From Eledone cirrhosa (taxonomy: Eukaryota): a DNA stretch of 64,000 nt. This document shows positions 35,603 to 50,724 of this stretch, one piece after another. The notes under the pieces are model-generated. The model did no database searches. It had not been told where the DNA came from and worked only from the letters and a program-made list of their open reading frames with translations. A program made the position numbers and the translations under genes. The stretch spans positions 15,934,001 through 15,998,000 of the forward strand of contig OZ024745.1 of the NCBI GenBank assembly GCA_964016885.1. The letters are read 5' to 3'. The stretch's first letter is position 1, and each line of letters starts with the position of its first letter.

Positions 35603-37551
35603 GCGAGGTTTTTTATATGAAATCGTGTGTCGAAACAAATATTGTTATACTTGGAGAGGGTCATATTTGTGTAATATTGCCAGAATTAATAACAGAACAC
35701 ACTCACGGTTTGGTTGGTTTTCGCTTCTCGCTGTCTTTTGTTATATCTGCGATCTATCTTACTCGGTCCTCAATGTTGCCATTGACTGACCGACGGTCAA
35801 AAATAATACAGATACAATATAGACATAAACACATATATATAGTTTACATAATTTACATAAATCTTTCGTTGCACATCTGCAACATCGTCAGTGGTGTTAT
35901 ATTTTCCTCCTGTTGTGTTGTATGTCTACGCCATTTTTTATTCAGTCTGTCTATATATTTATTTATTTATTTGCTTGTTTGTTTATTTTATTTTGTCTTT
36001 TTTGCGCATGCGTTTGCGTGTGTGTATAGTGTTATGTTTGCTGTGTGTATAGTGTTGTGTTTGCTGGGTGACTAGTGTGTGTTTATGTGCTTGTTGTTAT
36101 TGTGCTTGTGTATGTATTTATTTATCTTATTTTATTTACTTATTTATACTTCTCTTAGGTCAGTGTTGTTTGTTTGGGTGTTGTTGCTATTCCACTCATT
36201 CTTTCTGTTTAGCTTTGGTCTTCTAATTTCTATTTCACTGGCCTCTCTGATTTGCCTATCTGCTGGGTCATTTCTATGTTTAGATATTATTCTAATTTCT
36301 ATGTTGTCTATGTTACCGTCATGTTGTCTAGCATGTTCGTATAGTACTGACCCGTTTTTTCGTCCTTTTAGTTCCCCCCAGTGTTGGTCTATCCTTTAAC
36401 CTATGCTACGAGCTGTCTCACCTATGTATGTTGTTATGTTTCTGAAAGTACCCTCTGTACATCTTATGCTATAGACTACGTTTCTAGTTTTACAGTTTAT
36501 CCGGGGGTTCACCTTACATATGATACATTTCCTATTGGTACAGTGGGTTTTCTTAAAAGGGTAGGTTTTGCTGCTCAGGGATTTTATGGTGGTTCCTGGC
36601 TTTTCTACCACCTTTATTTTTAAGTGGGTCCTTCTCAGGGCCTTTCTACACTGGTTAGCTAATTTCCCTCCAGGGGTGGCGTCCACAAACATAACACTCT
36701 GGTATCTCTGGTTGTCGTACCATGATGTGGCTTTCCCTATCTTATGTCTAGCCCTATCTAAGCTATTCCATGATTTGCTCCTGTATAATGGGCAAATTCC
36801 TTTCATGTCCAGTTCTATGAGGGTCTTATACTTTTCCATGGCTCCTTCGTATACTCTGACTCTGTCTCTTTGGTTGTAGCCAGAGAACTGCATGCGGTTG
36901 ATGAAGTGTTGGATGTGTCTTTCCATTTCTGTTGGATCGCACATGCTGGACACATTCTTCATCACTCGTACCAAATCTATGATCAGAATATTAAACTTAG
37001 CACTAGTGGACATTGCTGAGTTTTTGAGTATCAGGTATTTGGAGGCCATGGGTTTAGCATAGTGTGAGTGGAGAATTTGGGCTCTCTCGTCTATAGTGTT
37101 AATCCAGAGTTCTGTGTCTAATACAGGTAGTCTATTGTTAGGGTGTTTGGAAGGGAAGTCGATAGTTACAGTTATACTCTGGTGTATGGAATTAGCTATC
37201 TGCTGGATGCTTTCCATCGTGCTACGTTCTAAATCAAACTTGTTAGTGCTCTCTAGTGGGGGTGTTCTTATAACTATATTGATATCGTCTACATAACGAG
37301 AGTACATGATGAGGTCTATGGAGCTTTCATTAACGAGATCTTTAAGTCTCCTTTCCCACCATACCATGAAAAGGTTGGCAACATCACCAGCTATGCTGAC
37401 GCCGATGGCTGCTCCCTCATTTTGGGTGTAGATTTTCTCATTGAACTTAAATATGTGGCCCTTTAGGGTAGTTTTGATATTATTATTATATATATATATA
37501 TATATATATAGAATAATAATAATAAAATGTGGAGAGGAAGCACACGAGTTA

Positions 37552-37593
<42 letters not shown>

Positions 37594-37979
37594 ATACTTG
37601 GGGAGGGTCATATTTGTGTAATATTGCCAGAATTAATAACAGAACACACTCACTGTTTGGTTGGTTTTCGCTTCTCGCTGTCTTTTATATCGGTAATCTA
37701 ACTTACTCGGTCTTCAATGTGCAACGAAAGATTTATGATAAACTATATATATGTGTTTGTGTCTATATTGTATCTGTATTATTTTTGACCGTCGGTCAGT
37801 CAATGGCAACATTGAGGACCGAGTAAGTTAGATTACCGATATAAAAGACAGCGAGAGGCGAAAACCAACCAAACAGTGAGTGTGTTCTGTTATTAATTCT
37901 GGCAATATTACACAAATATGACCCTCCCCAAGTATAACAATATTTGTTTCGACACACGATTTCATATAAAAAACCTCGC
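35603..37979 (-). mobile_element. 5'-truncated Penelope-like retroelement with inverted and direct terminal (pLTR) copies
   Basis: 35603-35877 is inverted at 37717-37979; 37588-37718 is a direct partial copy; flanked by (TA)n or short TA runs. Confidence 0.85.
36180..37480 (-). pseudogene. Penelope-like RT C-terminal half and GIY-YIG endonuclease, with premature stops
   Basis: GAAIGVSIAGDVANLFM, RYVDDI, LPVLD, CKTRNVVYSIRC...YIGETARS. After the TAA stops come ...EHARQH...DPADRQIREA...LNRKNEW. Confidence 0.88.
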
Positions 37980-37981
37980 AA

Positions 37982-38027
<46 letters not shown>

Positions 38028-38028
<1 letters not shown>

Positions 38029-38882
38029 TATGAAAACAGGGAGAAAGAGACGATTATTAGGAAGAAAAATATATTTTTTTCCTTTTTCGTTTCTCTCTCT
38101 CTTTTTTCTGGGTTAGAAAATGATTAAAACGAAATGTTTTACTTTGTGTGAAGTGTTAAGGTATTAGTTGATTTATTTATTATTTAACAATGGCATTTAT
38201 TTATCTATTTATATATTTAATTATTGTCTATTACCGGTTTCAGCATTTTTATGCTTTATCAAATGATAGTGAAATATATTAGTGTGGTGTCGCACATGTT
38301 AAACAGAAGGTGCAGAAAGAATAATGTTATATACAAACAAGGTTCATGAAGTGAAAAGAAAAAAGAAAAAGGAAATAAAACCCGTCCATAATGTGGAACG
38401 TAAAAAGTCAATGTGGAAGAAAAAATAATGTCATTTACAGGCACAGTTATTGAAGTTAAGCAGATCAAAATGTGTTAATATAGCAAGAGTGCTTAGTTGA
38501 TCCATGATTCCATGATGGAGGCAAATGGTAGTCCACCTTTTTATTTTTTATTTTCACTTCATAAACCTTGTTTGTAAATAACATTATTCTTTCTGCACCC
38601 TCTGTTTAACATGTGCAACACCACACTAATACATTTCACTATCATTTGATAATGCATAAAAATGCTGAAACCGGTAATAGACAATTATTAAATATATAAA
38701 TAGATAAATAAATGCCATTGTTAAATATTAAATAAATCAACTAATACCTTAACACTTCACACAAAGTAAAACATTTCGTTTTAATCATTTTCTAACCCAG
38801 AAAAAAGAGAGAGAGAAACAAAAAAGGAAAAAAAATATATTTTTCTTCCTAATAATCGTCTCTTTCTCCTTGTTTTCATATA
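38028..38882. mobile_element. Fold-back element, ~345-bp inverted arms and ~165-bp spacer, (TA)n flanks
   Basis: 38028-38372 is the reverse complement of 38536-38882 with scattered substitutions. Confidence 0.85.
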
Positions 38883-39459
38883 TATATATATTAGTAGAAG
38901 ATATGTTTGTGAGTCACTAAACGCATTTTTGCTACCATGTTTTGTGTGTTTCATAAGTTTAGAATTCCATGGTTATCGTAGTTTGAAGCTATAATTATTC
39001 CCTAGGCCAAACAATTTATTAATTTCAACTTTAATGAATCCACAGTCTTCAAAAGAGTGGTTTCAACTGAAGCAACGCAAGGGTATTGCTTTCACACAAA
39101 TTTCTAATCACGACTCTGAATATTCCAAGTTCTGAAGGTTTATTAAATATGCTATTAAATTTCGAAACAACAGACGCAGCTGACATAGTTATTAGTGAGA
39201 GTAAATCGTTAAATTTCATTTAAAATGACTGAAATTGCTACAATCCAAGGGATTTAAAATATAATCTTAGGGTTCATATTCAACTCTTACACGGTTGTTC
39301 GACCCCAAACATATATCATTCTGATAGATTATTACTTTTTACATGGTTCTATAAGTTTATTTTTCTTTGAAACATGTCACTTGCAGTTTTTATGCCTTAA
39401 GGTATTCGTTTCTATTCGAAGAAATGAGTTATGATCAGACTGAAGCCACTTTAGTAATA

Positions 39460-39912
39460 GTTTCTGATTTAGGCTCATGGCCAGCAATTTTTAGGACAGG
39501 AAAAGTCGATTAAATCGAACCCTGTGTGTTACTGGTACTTTATTTTATCGACCCGGCAAGGATGAAAGGCAAAGTTAACCTCGACGGGATTTGAACTCAG
39601 ACCGTAAAGGGACATAACTATGCTGAAAAACATGGCGTCCAACCCTCTACCGATACTGCCAATTCACTGCCCTGGTGTCCGACCCTCTACCGATACTGCC
39701 AATTCACTGCCTTGGTGTCCGACCCTCTACCGATACAGCCAATTCACCGCCCTGGTGTCCGACCCTCTACCGATACTGCCAATTCACTGCCCTGGTGTCC
39801 GACCCTCTACCGATACTGCCAATTCACTGCCCTGGTGTCCGACCCTCTACCGATACTGCCAATTCACTGCCCTGGTGTCCGACCCTCTACCGATACTGCC
39901 AATTCACCGCCC
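39460..39912 (-). mobile_element. tRNA-derived SINE with a tandemly amplified head
   Basis: SINE core at 39530-39630 runs directly into the 40-bp array. Confidence 0.85.
39632..39912. repeat. 40-bp tandem repeat x7
   Basis: TGGTGTCCGACCCTCTACCGATACTGCCAATTCACTGCCC repeated. Confidence 0.95.
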
Positions 39913-40153
39913 TATATAATAATAACAATAATGATAATTGTTTCTACTTTTGGCACAAGGCCAGCAATTTTGGGGGAGGGGAAAATCAATTAAATCGACC
40001 CAGTGCGTGACTGGTACTTTATTTTAGATAGCAGGCAGACGAAGCCTACACTGTTGTGAACCGTGGCAACAAAACAACAAAGGAACTGGCGTCTTGAAGT
40101 AATTTCTTTGAATTTATCGGAAAGTTTCTCAGAATTAGAATTTCATAAAGAAC

Positions 40154-40186
40154 TAGATGAGGGCGGCATCATCTTCCTCTTTCTGT

Positions 40187-40219
<33 letters not shown>

Positions 40220-40376
40220 ACACAGACACACAAACACACACACATATACAGACACAGACACACACAGACACATACACAGACACACACACATACACACACC
40301 CACACACACACACATACACACACACACACACACACATACAGACACATACATAGACACACACAGGCGCACACACAGA

Positions 40377-40408
<32 letters not shown>

Positions 40409-40820
40409 GACACACACATACACACACAGACACACACACACACATACAGACATAGACACATACACACACAGACACACACACACACACATACAGACATAGA
40501 CACATACACACACATACACACATGCACACACACACACACACACACACGCACTCTCATTTCTCTCTCTCTTACACACTCTCTCAACAAATGACGTCCCTTT
40601 TCTCTGTGTACATATCTCTCGCTTGGGCCCCCTTCTCTCTATATAGAAGAGGGCTACATCATAACTTTCTGTCTATCTACCACTTTCTGTCATCCCGAAA
40701 ACACACGGCGTTCCCTTTTCTCTATGTACATACCTCGTGCTTGGCGCTCCCCCTCTCTCTAAATTGAGCGTGACGGGGAGAGGGACAGACGGGCGGGCAA
40801 CGTTCTTATTATAATATAGA
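40154..40820 (-). mobile_element. Possible Helitron-like element enclosing a degenerate (CA)n tract
   Basis: Minus strand starts TCTATATTATAATAAGAACG; a candidate end is GATGA..TCATCTAG near 40154. Confidence 0.4.
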
Positions 40821-42389
40821 TTTATTTCCAGCTAACGAATGAAAGGCAGATCCAGTGTTAGGAGTTCGATTAAACGCCTTATGTGATTACATTCACCATA
40901 TATTCGTAAATCCTCGTCTGGGTTTCAAACAACTACAATGGGGACGCGAAAGCTCGTGGCCTAGTGGTTAGTGCAATGGGCTCATGATCATAAAGGCATT
41001 TTATTTCATGCTGCCCCACCCCATTTATCTAAAAAATGGTGTCTCACTCAATGAGCAGTCTTCTATTCTCAGTCGCGTAACTCCTATGAAACCGAGATAA
41101 AATGGAGGCTCTAGCTAATAACTAATAATAGAGGGCATCCACTTGATACCATCAGGTGGAACATGCCCTAGTATCACTTGTTTAATCATTCATTGTCATT
41201 AGTGAGAATATATGAATTGACAGTTTCCGAAATACATAATATGGCAGATTCCTATTAATGGTGGCCTTACAATCTTTTAACTTACCAATATCTACAAGGT
41301 CTAGCACATAATTTAGTGGATTACTATTGTATTATGAATGTTTAACATTTCCCTTCCCATAAGATGATCTCTCTTATCAAAGTCCGTGAACATTACTGGT
41401 ATAATTTCACACTAAGTGCCTGTTTCTTAATAAAACAACCCATGGTTTTAATAATTGATCAATCAAACTGAGGCATTGCAGATGAGGGTGACGTCTTTTG
41501 TGAAGTTTAGGTTAGCCAATGAATATTCGCAAGTCTCTTGGAATTAATGTAATCCCGCTACAGGTATCCACTTACACAGCAGAATTATCTTTATCTATTC
41601 CTACTTGAAGAAAGTTGGGTTTTTCTTCTTTGCCTTAAAGTGTGAATACATTTAAGTGGCAGAGCAAGCTTTCATCATTAATTTAGTTCACACATTCCAC
41701 ACATTTAATTTTAAAGCTACGAACGATGAAAAATCGTTCTTTGTATTATACAAACGCATTTCTTTCCACATGCAGAGCATTAATCCTTAATAAATGCATG
41801 TTCACATCATAAAAGTTGCATTTAGAAAATTTTTGCCAGGTGAAATACTAAAGAGGAATTGATAGAAGTGAGCTTCCTTGAGAACATTTATCATATGTCT
41901 CATTGATCAAGAATACTGAAACTGCAGCAGTTGGGAGATAAACATCGGCACCTCTTGGCCCCTACTTCACGAGATATATTGACTGTTTTAAAACTCGATA
42001 TCATCCCTTGATTTCCTATCAAGTTCACACATGCATCACATGAAATGTTTCCTAACTGCAGCTGTTCCAACATTCGTGATTTATGGGATACATGATACAC
42101 ACGTTCAATGAGTCTCATATGTATTAATACTTCTTCGGTTATCTTGACCAGGCTTATCAAACTTACAATGTCTAAGTATTTCTTGAAGATAATGAACAGG
42201 ATTCCTCATGCAGAGACATTAACCTGCTTCATTCTGAAATGTCTAAATTCTTTTATAGTCTTACATTGTTAATTATCGCCATATATATACACTCACGTGC
42301 ACGAACGCAAGGCCCCTCCCCACCCACACAATATACACATGATATATATATATATGAAATAAAATGTAGTTGAAAAATAAAAGCTTCTT

Positions 42390-42515
42390 CCCGCGGTTAA
42401 CTTTACCTTTCATCAATACAGGGTCGATAAGATATAGTACCAGTAATGCACTGGGGTCGATTTAATCGACTTTCCACTTCCCCAAATTTGTTGACCTTGT
42501 GCCTAAATCAGAAAT
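42390..42515 (+). mobile_element. SINE 3' portion
   Basis: GGTTAACTTTACCTTTCATC..GGGGTCGATAA..AGTACCAG core. Confidence 0.75.
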
Positions 42516-42518
42516 CCT

Positions 42519-42575
<57 letters not shown>

Positions 42576-43097
42576 GTGTGTTCATGTGTCTTGCTTTACT
42601 CAAATATACAGAGTAACATCAAATTACGGAATTTCCACATATGCTGAACAAAACCAAATAATCACACAACCACATTTACACGCACATACAAAGAATTTAA
42701 CTCTCGCCGATGGTCCGTATCGTAGAGAAGCGGCTTATCACCAAGAAACGGGGGTTACTGTGATCAAGGTCGGATTTAATGGTAGGGGCAAAGGGCGCAA
42801 TTGCCTCGGGTCGCAGATGGGGGGGTTCCCACCAGCGACGGCCGTAGCAATTTATTTGTACATACCTGTATGTATAACTTTTCACTTCCAATTACTTGTA
42901 CCTAGCTAACTTTGATATGTAAAATTGGGGGGGGGGGGGGTCCTGTCTATTCTGAATTTTTGTGTATGAGAGGTCCCCAAACATGAAATGCTGAGGTGAC
43001 ATGATAACTAGAGGAGATCAAGCAGCTATGTTGCAACACACCTGCAGACCTTCCACGCCACAGTAACACACATACCACAGAAACAAAGACAACCAGC

Positions 43098-43155
<58 letters not shown>

Positions 43156-43372
43156 CACATATATACACACACACCTGCGGCACCAACCAAACATATAAAC
43201 ACATCCCTGCAATATGACAAGTCTCTCTATCTTTCTCTCTATATATATATATGCACGCATATACATACATACACATACGTGTATATACATACATACACAT
43301 AAGTGCATCACTACAAGTCTGTATGTACATACATACATACATATACATACGTGTATACATACATATATACAT

Positions 43373-43959
43373 GGTGACTGCCAACTCGTTTTCGAGTACG
43401 GCCACTACTTTATATCCATGTAGGAGAACTCCTACCGATGCGCTGAACGAGTGTGACTTTTTAGTCCAGCCAGCGACTTGAAAACTCTGGTACAAACACT
43501 ACACTTGTGACAATTATTGACACATAGTGCTGGGCCCATGGTACCATGTGACGACAAGCGAGAGAGATCTCCAGATATAAAGCAATGCCTGTGCCGTGAA
43601 GCTTTTATAGTGAGCAAAGGCACTGCACAAAGCCAGTCCCACTCTCTTAACCAAGATGATATTTACCAAAAAGAAGAACACGTCAACATCATTGGATACC
43701 ATCAGAGTTGCAGGTGTTATATCAGAGTTTTCCTTCTCCTAGAATTCTGCCTTGACAAAGGCTAAGGGGTCATCTCTCCCGGTGATTTTAGATGGCCATT
43801 GACTCTTAAGAGCTCCTTTGCCCTTTGACAGGTTTTGTTTTTAGTCCTGCAGGATGTCCAAAATCACCCTCCTCACCAAGAAACCTTGGTGGGGTTGCCA
43901 GTTTAGTCGCCAACGATCCGACCATGAGACAGGTTGTACTGGGATACATGTTACCAGTA
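43373..43959 (-). mobile_element. Dispersed copy of the ~600-bp RTE-derived element
   Basis: Reverse complement of 24807-25405, again bordered by (TATG)n-like repeats. Confidence 0.85.
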
Positions 43960-43982
43960 CAACATACAACACATACATACAT

Positions 43983-44058
<76 letters not shown>

Positions 44059-44631
44059 CATCCCTGCAATACTAAATGCTAGCCAGTCACAAACTATCAT
44101 GATCACAAATGTTTTTCACTATAATCTCCAGAAATTTATATTTTATATAAATACATCCGTCAGCTTATAAAATGGTAAAATGACGTCAGCAAAGATATAA
44201 TGGTCCTGCGAATTCACGAAAAAAGAATTACTCTACACACATACACATACATACGTACATACATACGTACATACATACGTACATAGTACATACATACGTA
44301 CGTACGTACATACGTACATACATACATACGTACATACATATATACATACATAACAGTCATTTTTTTATCAGCATGTGTACACATTACTCAAACCATATGC
44401 ATTTATATATACAGGCAAAACATTTCTCGTTCTCTCTTTCTCCCCCCCCCCTCTCTCTCTCTCTCTCTCTCACTCTCTCTCTCTCTCTTATATATATATA
44501 TATATATATTACATATACATTTGTCTATATATCTATATACATGTGTGTGTCTAGATGAATACGGTTCAAGTATTGTGTATGCATACTCATAAAAATTCTC
44601 GATGTATGTAAGTAAATTATATATATATATA

Positions 44632-44695
44632 TTTCGACGGCTATTTCTGGACTGAAATAGCCGTCGAAACGGCTTGAGCTCTGCCGTCGGGGTCA
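44632..44695 (+). other. Perfect 16-bp hairpin overlapping the 3' half of a hammerhead-like motif, in (TA)n
   Basis: TTTCGACGGCTATTTC-tggact-GAAATAGCCGTCGAAA, then CGGC..GCCG-TC-ggggtca. Confidence 0.55.
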
Positions 44696-44703
44696 TACTT
44701 TTT

Positions 44704-44863
<160 letters not shown>

Positions 44864-45207
44864 TATGCTTATAATATGTACATATGTGTATAATACATAC
44901 ATATGTATATAATACATACATATATACATATGTATAACATACACATATATTCAGAGATAAATCGTCAAATAGTATATATATAGATAAGATGATAGATTAA
45001 TTAATAGGATGTTGTGGAACGATATATTCACAGTAAGATATCGAGACTGTCTGACAATATGATTGATTGATAAATTGATTTACAATAAAATACTAAATTA
45101 CCAGCCTGACAAATATCATCACATACTAGGTAGCCTTCTGTGCTGATATATTTATTATATACTCACACATATGGAGCATATATATATAGTTACATACACA
45201 CACTATG

Positions 45208-45264
<57 letters not shown>

Positions 45265-45322
45265 GATAGATATATATACATGCACAGCCATATATGTAGC
45301 TTTTCGCCACTTATCTCACAAT

Positions 45323-45377
<55 letters not shown>

Positions 45378-45444
45378 ACACATATATATATACAAAATAG
45401 TTGAAAAAACTGGTTATCACTGGAGAAGGAAAAATGTGGACAGA

Positions 45445-45630
45445 GTTGCTGGCAGTATGGTAGAGCGTCAGACACCATGGATTGCAGCATAGAGTTACAG
45501 CCCTTTACAGTCTGAGTTCAAATCCCGCCGAGGTTAACTTTACCTTTCATCCATATGGGGGTCGATAAAATAAAGTACCAGTAATACACTGGGTGATTGC
45601 TGGCCTTGTGCCTCAAGTAGAAACAATTAT
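45445..45630 (+). mobile_element. tRNA-derived SINE (duplicated at 50335-50522)
   Basis: Head, GAGTTCAAATCC B-box and core. Confidence 0.85.
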
Positions 45631-45819
45631 AATTATTATTATCATCGCTATCCTCCTCCTCCTCCTCCTCCTCCTCCTCCTCCTCCTCCTCCTCCTCATC
45701 ATCATCATCATCACCACCATCATCACCATCATCATCACCACCACCACCATCATCATCATTATCATCAATGGCGTTGGAGTACATATTTCAATTTATTGAG
45801 ACCCCGAACAGGATGGTTG

Positions 45820-48800
45820 CATGATATCCATGATATCCATGATATCCATGATATCCATGATATCCATGATATCCATGATGTCCATGATGTCCATGATGTC
45901 CATGATGTCCATGATGTCCATGATGTCCATGATATCCATGATATCCATGATATCCATGATATCCATGATGTCCATGATATCCATGATGTCCATGATGTCC
46001 ATGATATCCATGATATCCATGATATCCATGATATCCATGATATCCATGATGTCCATGATGTCCATGATATCCATGATATCCATGATGTCCATGATATCCA
46101 TGATGTCCATGATGTCCATGATATCCATGATATCCATGATATCCATGATGTCCATGATATCCATGATATCCATGATGTCCATGATGTCCATGATGTCCAT
46201 GATATCCATGATATCCATGATGTCCATGATATCCATGATATCCATGATGTCCATGATGTCCATGATGTCCATGATATCCATGATGTCCATGATATCCATG
46301 ATGTCCATGATATCCATGATGTCCATGATATCCATGATGTCCATGATGTCCATGATGTCCATGATATCCATGATGTCCATGATGTCCATGATGTCCATGA
46401 TATCCATGATATCCATGATGTCCATGATGTCCATGATATCCATGATGTCCATGATGTCCATGATGTCCATGATATCCATGATGTCCATGATGTCCATGAT
46501 ATCCATGATGTCCATGATATCCATGATGTCCATGATGTCCATGATATCCATGATATCCATGATATCCATGATATCCATGATATCCATGATGTCCATGATG
46601 TCCATGATGTCCATGATATCCATGATGTCCATGATGTCCATGATATCCATGATGTCCATGATGTCCATCATGTCCATGATGTCCATGATATCCATGATGT
46701 CCATGATGTCCATGATATCCATGATGTCCATGATGTCCATGATGTCCATGATATCCATGATATCCATGATGTCCATGATATCCATGATATCCATGATGTC
46801 CATGATGTCCATGATATCCATGATGTCCATAATGTCCATGATATCCATGATGTCCATGATGTCCATGATGTCCATGATATCCATGATGTCCATGATATCC
46901 ATGATGTCCATGATGTCCATGATGTCCATGATGTCCATGATATCCATGATATCCATGATGTCCATGATGTCCATGATATCCATGATGTCCATGATGTCCA
47001 TGATGTCCATGATATCCATGATATCCATGATGTCCATGATATCCATGATATCCATGATGTCCATGATATCCATGATATCCATGATGTCCATGATATCCAT
47101 GATGTCCATGATATCCATGATGTCCATGATATCCATGATGTCCATGATATCCATGATGTCCATGATATCCATGATATCCATGATATCCATGATGTCCATG
47201 ATGTCCATGATATCCATGATGTCCATGATATCCATGATGTGCATGATGTCCATGATGTCCATGATGTCCATGATATCCATGATATCCATGATGTCCATGA
47301 TATCCATGATATCCATGATGTCCATGATGTCCATGATATCCATGATATCCATGATGTCCATGATGTCCATGATGTCCATGATATCCATGATGTCCATGAT
47401 ATCCATGATATCCATGATATCCATGATGTCCATGATATCCATGATATCCATGATATCCATGATGTCCATGATATCCATGATATCCATGATGTCCATGATG
47501 TCCATGAAATCCATGATATCCATGATGTCCATGATGTCCATGATATCCATGATGTCCATGATGTCCATGATATCCATGATGTCCATGATGTCCATGATAT
47601 CCATGATATCCATGATATCCATGATGTCCATGATATCCATGATATCCATGATGTCCATGATGTCCATGATGTCCATGATATCCATGATATCCATGATGTC
47701 CATGATATCCATGATGTCCATGATGTCCATGATATCCATGATGTTCATGATGTCCATGATGTCCATGATATCCATGATATCCATGATGTCCATGATATCC
47801 ATGATGTCCATGATATCCATGATGTCCATGATATCCATGATGTCCATGATGTCCATGATGTCCATGATATCCATGATGTCCATGATATCCATGATGTCCA
47901 TGATGTCCATGATATCCATGATATCCATGATATCCATGATATCCATGATATCCATGATGTCCATGATGTCCATGATGTCCATGATATCCATGATGTCCAT
48001 GATGTCCATGATGTCCATGATATCCATGATATCCATGATGTCCATGATATCCATGATATCCATGATGTCCATGATATCCATGATATCCATGATATCCATG
48101 ATGTCCATGATGTCCATGATATCCATGATGTCCATGATGTCCATGATGTTCATGATATCCATGATGTCCATGATATCCATGATATCCATGATATCCATGA
48201 TGTCCATGATGTCCATGATGTCCATGATATCCATGATGTCCATGATATCCATGATATCCATGATATCCATGATGTCCATGATGTCCATGATATCCATGAT
48301 ATCCATGATGTCCATGATATCCATGATATCCATGATGTCCATGATGTCCATGATATCCATTATATCCATGATGTCCATGATGTCCATGATGTCCATGATA
48401 TCCATGATGTCCATGATGTCCATGATATCCATATCCATGATGTCCATGATGTCCATGATATCCATGATGTCCATGATGTCCATGATATCCATGATATTCA
48501 TGATGTCCATGATATCCATGATATCCATGATGTCCATGATATCCATGATATCCATGATGTCCATGATATCCATGATGTCCATGATATCCATGATGTCCAT
48601 GATATCCATGATGTCCATGATATCCATGATGTCCATGATATCCATGATATCCATGATATCCATGATGTCCATGATGTCCATGATGTCCATGATATCCATG
48701 ATGTCCATGATATCCATGATATCCATGATATCCATGATGTCCATGATGTCCATGATATCCATGATATCCATGATGTCCATGATATCCATGATATCCATGA

Positions 48801-49838
48801 TGTCCATGATGTCCATGATATCCATGATATCCATGATGTCCATGATGTCCATGATGTCCATGATATCCATGATGTCCATGATATCCATGATATCCATGAT
48901 ATCCATGATGTCCATGATATCCATGATATCCATGATATCCATGATGTCCATGATATCCATGATATCCATGATGTCCATGATGTCCATGATATCCATGATA
49001 TCCATGATGTCCATGATGTCCATGATATCCATGATGTCCATGATGTCCATGATATCCATGATGTCCATGATGTCCATGATATCCATGATATCCATGATAT
49101 CCATGATGTCCATGATGTCCATGATATCCATGATGTCCATGATATCCATGATGTCCATGATATCCATGATGTCCATGATATCCATGATATCCATGATATC
49201 CATGATGTCCATGATATCCATGATATCCATGATATCCATGATATCCATGATGTCCATGATATCCATGATATTCATGATATCCATGATATCTATGATGTCC
49301 ATGATATCTATGATATCCATGATATCCATGATATCCATGATATCCATGATGTCCATGATGTCCATGATATCCATGATGTCCATGATATCCATGATGTCCA
49401 TGATATCCATGATGTCCATGATATCCATGATATCCATGATATCCATGATGTCCATGATATCCATGATATCCATGATATCCATGATATCCATGATGTCCAT
49501 GATATCCATGATATTCATGATATCCATGATATCTATGATGTCCATGATATCTATGATATCCATGATATCCATGATATCCATGATATCCATGATGTCCATG
49601 ATGTCCATGATATCCATGATGTCCATGATATCCATGATGTCCATGATATCCATGATGTCCATGATATCCATGATATCCATGATATCCATGATGTCCATGA
49701 TATCCATGATATCCATGATATCCATGATATCCATGATGTCCATGATATCCATGATATTCATGATATCCATGATATCTATGATGTCCATGATATCTATGAT
49801 ATCCATGATATCCATGATATCCATGATATCCATGATAT
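45820..49838. repeat. 9-bp satellite (CATGATRTC)n, ~445 copies
   Basis: Two monomer types, GATATCCAT and GATGTCCAT; 243-bp higher-order triplication at the right end. Confidence 0.97.
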
Positions 49839-49883
49839 ACATGCACAGCCATATATGTAGCTTTTCGCCACTTATCTCACAAT

Positions 49884-49977
<94 letters not shown>

Positions 49978-50053
49978 TAGATATATATACATGCACAGCC
50001 ATATATGTAGCTTTTCGCCACTTATCTCACAATGACACACACACACACACACA

Positions 50054-50149
<96 letters not shown>

Positions 50150-50205
50150 TAGATATATATACATGCACAGCCATATATGTAGCTTTTCGCCACTTATCTC
50201 ACAAT

Positions 50206-50268
<63 letters not shown>

Positions 50269-50724
50269 ACACATATATATATACAAAATAGTTGAAAAAA
50301 CTGGTTATCACTGGAGAAGGAAAAATGTGGACAGAGTTGCTGGCAGTATGGTAGAGCGTCAGACACCATGGATTGCAGCATAGAGTTACAGCCCTTTACA
50401 GTCTGAGTTCAAATCCCGCCGAGGTTAACTTTGCCTTTCATCCATATGGGGGTCGATAAAATAAAGTACCAGTAATACACTGGGATAATTGCTGGCATTG
50501 TGCCTCAAGTAGAAACAATTATAATTATTATTATCATCGCTATCCTCCTCCTCCTCCTCCTCCTCCTCCTCCTCCTCCTCCTCCTCCTCCTCCTCATCAT
50601 CATCATCATCATCATCACCACCATCATCACCATCATCATCACCACCACCACCATCATCATCATTATCATCAATGGCGTTGGAGTACATATTTCAATTTAT
50701 TGAGACCCCGAACAGGATGGTTGC
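49838..50724 (+). repeat. Duplicate of 45277-45820, with its first segment triplicated
   Basis: ACATGCACAGCCATATATGTAGCTTTTCGCC at 45278, 49839, 49989 and 50161; the SINE, (CCT)n(CAT)n and array seed are all repeated. Confidence 0.9.

Noticed and set aside
35680-35785. Hammerhead in the Penelope pLTR (TTGAGGA...GAAA...TC on minus)
   Set aside because: Helices II and III could not be paired convincingly.
40945-41010. tRNA gene (GTGGCCTAGTGGTTAG A-box); similar at 62325-62395 on minus
   Set aside because: No complete cloverleaf; more likely decayed SINE heads.
41400-42250. Host exon or transposase (ORF 41900-42160)
   Set aside because: No identifiable motif; probably old TE debris.
45793-50193. 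1466-aa (MDI)n and other frame ORFs
   Set aside because: Run through CA/TA microsatellites and the 9-mer array; open by repeat composition.
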